Below are positions 48,776 to 64,000 of a DNA stretch of 64,000 nucleotides, in pieces (the stretch's first letter is position 1; every line of letters begins with the position of its first letter). The notes below the pieces were generated by a model, which searched no databases, was not told where the DNA came from, and saw only the letters and a list, made by a program, of their open reading frames with translations. Location of the stretch: assembly GCF_009914755.1 (NCBI RefSeq), contig NC_060933.1, one strand, 5' to 3'. The DNA comes from the human T2T-CHM13v2.0 reference genome, Homo sapiens. Made by a program: the position numbers and the translations under genes.

Positions 48776-49042
48776 TCAAAAACATAAGAACTCCTCAGTT
48801 CAAGAAATACCGAGGAAGTATTTAGACTTTCTGTAATGAGAAGGTTTTACAGGAAGCAAAGTAGCCTATAACATGGGTCCAAAGGGTCACACAACCTTCA
48901 GAGGGTTGTCAAATTAGCTTACTGCCTCAAACTAGTATCTTCCTCTGTTCCATTGATACTAGAAATATTCTCCTGATTTTAGCACTTAAAGTTCTCTGTC
49001 CCTTCTGCTCATTCCCAAAGATTGAATTTGCATACAGGACAA

Positions 49043-49205
49043 TTTTTTTTTTTTTTTTTGAGACAGGGTCTTCTCTGATACCCAGGCCGGGGTGCAGGGG
49101 CACAATCATGGCTTACTGCAGTTTTGACCTCCTGGGCTGAAGTGATCTTCCCACTCCGGCCTCCCAGAGTGCTAGGATTACAGGTGTGAGCCACTGTGCC
49201 CAGCC
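49043..49205 (-). repeat. Alu monomer (FRAM/AluJ-like)
   Basis: Single arm with poly(T). Confidence 0.85.
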
Positions 49206-49449
49206 AGTTGCTTGTTTAGGAGAACAAACAGGTTGGCCTTGGTCCAAGTAAATTATATTGTTTCTAGTCCAGCCTTCATAGATAATATCTGATGGGTCTC
49301 TGTCATTTGAAATAGGAGATGCTGGCCTCCTCCCCAAGGTACCTGCTAAATTCCTATTGTCTATGCCTTTGTTGGTCCTATATCATCATTATCTGTAGGC
49401 AGAATATAGACATCTTTCTCAGTGAAAAAAAAAAATCAGACAAACCACT

Positions 49450-49772
49450 ACTGTAATTCCCCATTATCCACGGTTTTGCTTTCTGTGATTTCATTTACTG
49501 TGGTCAACCATGATCTAAAAATACTAAGGTATTTTGAGAGAGAGAGACCACATTCACATAACTTTTCATACACTATATTATTATAATTGTTCTATTTTAT
49601 TATTAGTTATTGTTAATCTTTTACTGTGCCTAATTTATAAATTAAACTTTACCATAGATATGTGTGTATATGAAAAAAATAGTATATATAGAGGGTTTGG
49701 TGCTATCTGCAGTTTCAGATATTCACTGGGGATCTTGGAATGTATCCCCAGGAGATAAAGGGGGACTACTCT
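49450..49772. mobile_element. MER2-like TcMar-Tigger MITE
   Basis: Inverted ends ctgtaattccccattatcc / ggagataaaggggactactcta; gagagaccacattcacataactttt core. Confidence 0.8.
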
Positions 49773-50814
49773 ATTTATAACATTCTAACTATTTTTACTT
49801 TTACCTTTTCCTAATCTTGGTTCTTAATCACTAGCTGAACTGTGTATATTACAATCAGATCTTTCTGTCTGCATGCCCTTTATCTTGGGCCATTCTTGGT
49901 TCTATCTGACCATCTATGTTTTGTTGAATACTACACACTGGAAAACTATTTATAATAATAAAAACATCTACTGAGCATTTGCTTTGTTCACTGTTCTAAG
50001 AACTTTTACAAATATCATTTGTCTCATTTCATATGCATAATAACTTCAGGTACCATTATTACCCCTGTTTTATATATGAGAAAATAGAGGCACAGGAGGA
50101 TAATTTATTTAATCTGTGAAAATGTTTGATGATACTTCTGTGAGAAACAAAGATGAAATTATGTCAAAGAGCTTTGTAATACGTAAAACAAAGTACGAGC
50201 ATTGTACTGTTATCTGCTTCATAACAAGGCTCAATGAATATTTGTTGAATGAATGAATGAGTAAATATCATTACTGAGTTGCACTGTGTCTTGTGAGGGT
50301 AGAGTCCTCAGAATAATGTAAAGTGTAAATATGCCAAGCACTGTGTCTATAGCTCAGTAGTTACCCCCACCAACATATACTAGTTTCCTTCTTCTCCTTC
50401 CCTTTTCCTCTAATTTCCAATCAAAATGACTGTCTGATTGAATATCTTTAAAGGTCATGATGAATTACTCTGTAATATTTGAAGTGTTATGTTCAGAAAG
50501 GTCAAACTTTATTTTTCGGTATGAAGTGTCACACAGATTTGTTTTTCCTGGGCAAACTTTTTTTTTTTTTTTTTCCCCAAAGAAAAGATGGCAAGAAATT
50601 TAGAGCAGGGTGCCCTCTTGAGGAAATTTTAGCATCTTCCTTCTCAAGAACTGACATCAAATGAAATGACAAGTCCAGATAAATGATGTACACTATTAAT
50701 GAAGCTCAGAAAAATGAAACATTAAAAAGTAAGAATAACCAAATACCAGGTATTTGAGAATTAAGATTCTTAACTGTTATGATCTAATATAGCAACTGTA
50801 AATAAGAATTTTTA

Positions 50815-51135
50815 TCATTTATTTATTTATTTATTTTTAATTTTTTTTTTTGAGACAGAGTCTCACTGTGTCACCCAGGCTGGAGTGCAGTGGTGCAATC
50901 TCAGCTTACTGGAGCCTCCGCTTCCTGGGTTCAAGGATTTTCATGCCTCACCCTCCCGAGTAGCTGGAACCACAGCTTGCACCACCATGCCCGGCTGATT
51001 TTTTTTGTATTTTTAGTAGACACAAAGTTTCACTATATTGGCCAGCCTGGTCTCGAACTCCTGACCTCAAGTGATCTGCCCATCTCGGCCACCCAAAGTG
51101 CTAGAATTACAGGCATGAGCCACCACTCCCAGGCT
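50815..51135 (-). repeat. Alu
   Basis: TSD tgtaaataagaattttta. Confidence 0.95.
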
Positions 51136-51199
51136 TGTAAATAAGAATTTTTAAATGAAAACAAAAACCTCTAGAAGATATTTCATTTCTTCTTATTTA

Positions 51200-51470
51200 C
51201 TCATTTCTTCAAGTAATATTTATTAGGCACCTACCTATTCTGTGCCAGGAACTATGCTGAGCACAGGGATCAATAAAACATGGTCTCTGCTTTCATGGAG
51301 CTTACAGTTTGTGAGGGAGCTCACACTGAAGAGAAACAAACAAATATATATGTAATTGCAAACTGAGAAAAGTACTATGAGAGAAATGAATAGGTACTAG
51401 AATAAAGAATAACAAGTAAGTTCTATTTAGGGTCATCAAGGGAAACCTCTCTGAGAGGAAATATCCAGCA
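51200..51470. repeat. L2 remnant
   Basis: atatttattaggcacctacctattctgtgccagg..ctctgctttcatggagcttacag. Confidence 0.65.
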
Positions 51471-51681
51471 GAGTCCGTTGGCTTTTCCACCTATTCCAAG
51501 TCTTCCCATCTAATATAGACAGTCTACAGATCCTCTTTCCTAGCCATGGTCTTTCTTATCTTCTCTTATCTCTGCCCCTGTGGTGGACTGAGTCAATCCT
51601 ATCTCTGCCCCTGTGGGCAAGCAGTTAGTTCTCATTCGTCCTTCTGCACCTCACTGTCACTCTAGTAACCTTGCCTTACAG

Positions 51682-51912
51682 CAGGGATGTCCAATCTTTT
51701 GGCTTCCCTGGGCCACACTGGAAGAAGAAGAATTGTCTTCGGCCATACATAAAATAGCACTAACAATAACTGATGAGCAAAAAAAACAAAACAAAAAAAA
51801 ACACGCAAAAAAATCTCATAATGTTTTAAGAAAGTTTAAGAATTTTGTTGGGCCACATTCAAAGCCATCCTGGGCCACGTGCAAGCCAGGTGCCGCGGTG
51901 TGGACAAGCTTG
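51682..51912. mobile_element. MER30 (hAT-Charlie)
   Basis: cagggatgtccaatcttttggcttccctgggccac..aaagccatcctgggccac..ggacaagcttg. Confidence 0.85.
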
Positions 51913-52350
51913 CTGTAGAGCTGCACATTCTTCACAGTAGGTGGTCTGCTTGATTAAAAAATGTATTCCTTACTAATATTGATAGTCCCTCATAGGAGAA
52001 CATCAATGCATTATCATGCTAAAAGGGCCCACTTCTAACAAGGTTAAGGATGACAAATGGACAAATAATCCTGCCTGCCATTATCCTCTGAATAGGGAGA
52101 GATAAATAGGCACGAAGTAGGCTGAGAACCTGATCAGGCAATACTGTTTGGTCACACTGACCTTGAAATATCTGAGGTACCAAGCACATAGAAACCTCCA
52201 ACTGGAAGTAAAAATGAGGAAATAGATCTGAGAAAAGAGCCCAGAAGAACAATTTTTAGAGTCTTATTTTGTTCAAAGCTGCCATGTTACACAGACTTAC
52301 TATGTAATGGTTGGCCTGGCTCATTAACACTCTTGCTGTGGCCCTTGTAA

Positions 52351-52655
<305 letters not shown>

Positions 52656-52746
52656 TGCTTCTTTCTTGAGGTGGGTTGATTCTACCAGACTGGAGGATTT
52701 AACTGACTTGGAGAGTACTGCCTGCCAGTGGGTGGGCCTACCATGA

Positions 52747-53089
<343 letters not shown>

Positions 53090-53803
53090 CTGGGATCCAA
53101 ACTTTGAATAAGCTGCCTCTACCTTAGTTGTACCCATAAATAGCTTTCTTTAAGAAAACTAATCATCCATACCTTATTAACCAGAGGTCCTGAACAAAAC
53201 GTTTAACTACTTTGAATCTCAGTTTCCTCACCTGTAAATTGGGATTTAACATCTCTGCTTATTTCGCATTATTACACTTTGAGTATAAATAATAGGTACT
53301 ATGTTGGTCAAAATGTGCTGAAACTAATACACCTACACATTGCTGCTGTTAGATAGCAATTTGGAAAATACACCAAACACTGTAAAATGTGCAAACGTCT
53401 TTGACCCAACAATTTGGTTCCTGATAATTTATTCTTGTGAAAAAATTAAGAAAAAAAATGTGAAAAAAGATGTACAGTGAAGCATTTACTACAAAAAAAA
53501 TATTAGAAACATTCTAGATATCTAACAATAATAGACTGGTTAAATAAAACATGTTGTTTTATTTGCAATAAAATATTGGCCAGCCACTATGTAAATTATA
53601 TTCATGTAGAAAGTTCTTGGAAGGAAACATGAAAAAATAAAACAATTGATAGTATAGTGGAATTACAAGCATTTTTCCTTATTAATTTCTCTGGATGTTA
53701 TTACTCTAGGAGAATAATTAACATACTTAAAACATTTTAAAATTAAAAAAAATTTTGACCCCATAGTACATTTTTTTCTTATCATCTCTTGTTTTTTATT
53801 TAG

Positions 53804-53977
53804 GGAAATTATCGTTTCATGAAACTCTTACTTACACGCAGAGCAAACTGGATGCAAAAGGATCTGGAAGAGATGACTCCTTTGCACTTGACCACCCGGC
53901 ACAGGAGCCCTAAGTGTTTGGCACTTCTGCTGAAGTTTATGGCACCAGGAGAAGTGGATACACAGGATAAAAACAAG
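53804..53977 (+). CDS. INVS: Inversin coding exon (ankyrin repeats; likely exon 4), 174 nt, phase 0-0
   Basis: Polypyrimidine tract + ttag|GGA acceptor at 53803/53804; translates GNYRFMKLLLTRRANWMQKDLEEMTPLHLTTRHRSPKCLALLLKFMAPGEVDTQDKNK (TPLH ankyrin motif, recognised as inversin); donor AAG|gtaatg at 53977/53978. Confidence 0.96.
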
Positions 53978-54272
53978 GTAATGGATACTCAAAATCAAAG
54001 ACTAATAAGACCAGAAAGCAAATGCTTCCTTTTATGATGTGAAATTTCAAGGAAGAAGGCCTGAATTACCACATATATACATGGTAGAACAATTCCAAAT
54101 CTCCATACATCTCAGGGAAGTATTTCACTTAAATTCTGTCATTTTATCCTCTCAGCAACCATGTGTGTTAGGTAGTATCATCTTTTTACAGATGGAAAAA
54201 CTGAAGCTCAGGAAGATTAAAAGTTTGCCCAAGATGCAAGTGGCAGAACTAGAATTCAAATCTAGTCCTGTC

Positions 54273-54578
<306 letters not shown>

Positions 54579-55361
54579 TCAGTCCTGTCTTAACTCCAAA
54601 ACCCAATATTTGACAGGGAGTCATAATAGTTACTATAGGTGGTTAGACTCATGATGGCCAAATGCCCATGGCAATGTCCTAAATGCTTAGTGGTTTAGTG
54701 GCCTACGCTTTGGTATCAGCCTTCCTGGGTTTCAACCCAGAATCCACTACTTAACTTGTTCTGTGTCCTTGAGCAAATTGCTTAACTCCTCTGTGCCTCA
54801 ATTTTTGTATGTATGGAAAAAGGTTAATAGGATTACTGTTAGGTTCAGCATAGTATTACATTTCAGTAAATAGAATCAGAACAAGTATAACATAGGAAAA
54901 GAAAGGAATTACGTGTTGTTTATTGAAGATGTGGTTATAGGTAATTAGTAAGTGCTATTATACTTGTGGCTTTTTAAAAATCTGCAGTTGTTAGTAAGCA
55001 AAAGTAGTAAGTTAAATAGTGAGTGTTCATATTAAATGCCTATAGGTACACCTTGAAGGAATACCATGTATGTCAGTTTCTAAAGTTTTTAATGTGACAG
55101 ATGAGCTTGGTTCCTGCTCATTAAATTATCTAATTGTAGATTGGATTGCTGACAATGCTACTCACGAGGGCTAATATATATTTAAACAGTTCTTACATTT
55201 TTTCTTAATAATTATCCTAATAGGGAAGCCAGTCTTATAGAATTATGTTGACGAGAACAGCAGAAGAGATTTTAAAGCAACTTCAACAAGTTCAAGATGA
55301 TCATTTTCAACTTTTATCTGAAATAAAGTGTGAACATTGTCAAAATCAAAATGGAGTTGTT

Positions 55362-56079
<718 letters not shown>

Positions 56080-56399
56080 AAAGCAAGTGCTGCTGTATTT
56101 TCAAAATGTATCTTTTCATCAATAACTGGGTCTAATAATTTATCCTCTAAAATTATATTTAAATTAAAATTTGTCTACTGATACATGGAATGGGTTCCAG
56201 ATGCATGAATTTCCTATGCATGTATTTTTTTATAGATATTAAAATTCGAAACATCCTGTCAAGTTCTTAAGGTCCTTGGTGATAACCAGATGTGCATTAT
56301 CAAGATCATCACTTACTTTGTTGATGATTATTTATAAATGACTGGGCCGCTTTCTCTTTCTCAGTGTTATCAGTACCGGATGAACTAAATAACTGTCAT

Positions 56400-56560
56400 G
56401 CCTAAGAGGTCAGATTCTGGAGTCAGACTGCCTGGGTTAAAATCTCAGTTCAGCCACTTACTTCCTTTGTGTCCCAGAGCAGATTACTTAGGTTCCGTGT
56501 GCTGTTTCCTCATCAATCACATGCAAATTTAAAAACATACTTGTCTCCCAGAGATAGTAA
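56400..56560. repeat. MIR remnant (others at ~31820, 36700, 37050, 50000, 53200, 54130, 54700)
   Basis: tctggagtcagactgcctgggttaaaatctcag..tttcctcatc core. Confidence 0.65.
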
Positions 56561-56584
56561 GATGACTGCATGCAATTAAATAGA

Positions 56585-57312
56585 CAATAGTCTCCCTTGT
56601 TCAAAGGAAATATATTCCAACACCTCCAATGGACACTTGAAACTGCGGATAGTGTCAAACCCAATTCCCGTCAATAGGAACACATTTCTGTTCATATCTT
56701 CTACCCACAAATTTAGTACTTTTTCCGTCTTAACTAAGCACTTATCAGGCACTATGGCCATAATTTTTGCAGTTTGGTATGCAACAGCAAAACCAGCATG
56801 AGTTTCTTCTTCCTTCTTTACAGTTTCACAGATAGATTTGTTCTTACGGTAGAGCTTAGCAAACTCAACAAACAATTTTTTCTTATTAAGTTGAGAGCTT
56901 TCACCTTTTCACTTAAAGGAAACACTTCATAGCTGCTCTTTGGCATATCTGAATCACCAGTATCAATAATTTTGAGCTTTGGGGCCATTAAGTAAAAGAA
57001 GGATGACTTGAACACAAGCACTGTGAATCTAATATTGTGACAATGAATGGGATAACTGAGTTGGCTGCTAGGTGACTAACTGGCAGGGAATGTCTACGGT
57101 GGGGATATGCTGAACAAAGGAAGGATTTGTGTCCCAGGTAGGATGGGGTGGGATGAAGCACTATTTCAACATGTTATTTAGAATGGCACACAATTTAAAA
57201 CTTATGAATTGTTTATTTCTGGAATGTTCTATTTAATATATTTAGACTTCGGTTGAACACAGAGACCTGAAATCATGAAAAGTGAAAACAAAGATACAGG
57301 GCAACTACTGTA
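56585..57312 (-). mobile_element. MER44/Tigger7-derived TcMar DNA transposon
   Basis: TIR-like ends caatagtctcccttg..agggcaactactgta; minus ORFs MAPKLKIIDTGDSDMPKSSYEVFPLSEKVKALNLIRK and EKVLNLWVEDMNR resemble Tigger transposase N-terminus. Confidence 0.8.
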
Positions 57313-57404
57313 TAAAACTCTTATAACAGTGCCTGTCCCACAATAAAAGATTGGGGAAAGTTAGTTGTTACTGTTGTTATTTCGAGAACCTCTCGATTTT
57401 GCAG

Positions 57405-57572
57405 CAAACAGCTCTGCATTGGAGTGCCTACTACAATAACCCTGAGCATGTGAAGCTGCTCATCAAGCATGATTCTAACATTGGGATTCCTGATGTTGAA
57501 GGCAAGATCCCACTTCACTGGGCAGCCAACCATAAAGATCCAAGTGCTGTTCACACAGTGAGATGCATTCTG
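57405..57572 (+). CDS. INVS: Inversin coding exon (ankyrin repeats; likely exon 5), 168 nt, phase 0-0
   Basis: ttttgcag|CAA acceptor; translates QTALHWSAYYNNPEHVKLLIKHDSNIGIPDVEGKIPLHWAANHKDPSAVHTVRCIL; donor CTG|gtgagt at 57572/57573; joins in frame to the previous exon (DKNK-QTALHW). Confidence 0.96.
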
Positions 57573-58170
57573 GTGAGTTGAATGGTACTGCTAGACCTGA
57601 ATGGCCTTGAAATTTTTTTATTATGAATTATTTAATATATACAAAAGTGTATATTTGACGTACAAGCAAATTATTAAGCAAAAGAATACAACAGACATAT
57701 GGACTCATCCCCCAAGAAGTAGAACATTTCAGTACCACTATTTAAGACCACATAGAGGTTTCCTATGTCCCAGTTTTTAAACGCATTCATTCCCCCTATG
57801 CCGTGCTCATTCCTGTACCCCAGCAACTACTTCCCTGAATCCTGAATTTATATTTATTTCCTTACTTTGTTTCATACTTGTTTTTATTAAACAGTGAATA
57901 GATATAAGTATCAGTAAAATACATGTAAAGTATAAATAATAATGAAACAACAAATACTCATATACTCAATATCAAGTTTAAGAAAAAGTATATTACCATT
58001 ACCTTTGAAGTCCTCTGAGTGGAGTACCTCTCAGTCTCATTCTATTCTCTCCTTTCACAGAGGCAACAACTGTCTTCAATCTTGTGTTATCATTCCCCTG
58101 ATTTCCATTACCACATTTATTTGTATCCTTAAACAATATATTGCTCAGTATTTAAAGGTTTTGAATTTGA

Positions 58171-58561
<391 letters not shown>

Positions 58562-59104
58562 ACTGGTGATTTTATCTATGTTGCTGCATGTAGCCATGAT
58601 ATATTAATTCTTACTGCTATATAGGATTCCATCTTACAAATAAGCCACACAGTATTCATTCTGTTATTGACAGATACTTTGTTTCCAGTTTTTTGTTATT
58701 TACAAACAGTGCTGCATTGACATTTTTGAACATATCTAGGATATATATTTAACTGGTTGTTATAGGTGTATAGGAATGCAGTTGATATTTTTGATCATTG
58801 ATTACATATCTAACTAATTCGCTAAACTCCTTATTTGTTTCGAATATTTATCAGTAGATTCTTTGAGGTTTTCTAATCCCTCTGTCCCAGCTTCTAATTT
58901 ACATGCTATGATAGTCCAATAGTTAGTCATATTTGTTTTTAACACACAAATTAGACTTTAAAGTATTATTTTTTAATCGTTTTTTACAACCTCTGATACT
59001 AAAAGTATTATTTTGTATATGCAATGCTTAGCTCTGCATTTTTTTTGTATCTCAAATTTTCCTTCTAAAGTTATTATTTTACATCCTGAAATATAGTTCT
59101 TAGA

Positions 59105-64000
<4,896 letters not shown>

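Noticed and set aside
53978-54037. ORF extension past the first exon (also 57351-57404 before the second)
   Set aside because: Intronic read-through beyond canonical splice sites

Overview
Primate (very likely human) genomic DNA from inside the INVS (inversin/NPHP2) gene, + strand. It is mostly one long intron, plus two ankyrin-repeat coding exons (53804-53977, 57405-57572; exons 4 and 5 by my recollection of the gene). The intron holds a processed NANOG pseudogene (2766-4773, probably NANOGP5) with poly(A) and target-site duplication, and a near full-length L1PA7-like element inserted right beside it (4801-11049). There is also an L1PB-like element (13310-19990, -), a second L1PA7-like element in opposite orientation (59105-64000, -), a two-LTR ERVL provirus remnant (41267-45572), solo LTRs, DNA-transposon fossils, old L1M/L2/MIR fragments and about 28 Alu/FLAM copies. 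I see no new multi-gene system. The most interesting observations are: (1) the NANOG retrocopy lacks exactly the first 38 nt of NANOG exon 2, i.e. it appears to fossilise a cryptic-acceptor, PTC-containing splice isoform; (2) the two inverted L1PA7 copies ~48 kb apart share non-consensus changes including the same ORF2 frameshift, suggesting gene conversion or a common defective source; (3) a compact GATA/RUNX/AP-1 motif module built on a direct repeat; and (4) inverted Alu pairs around two symmetric exons. Repeat subfamily names and parental NANOG/L1 consensus comparisons are from memory and need database confirmation.
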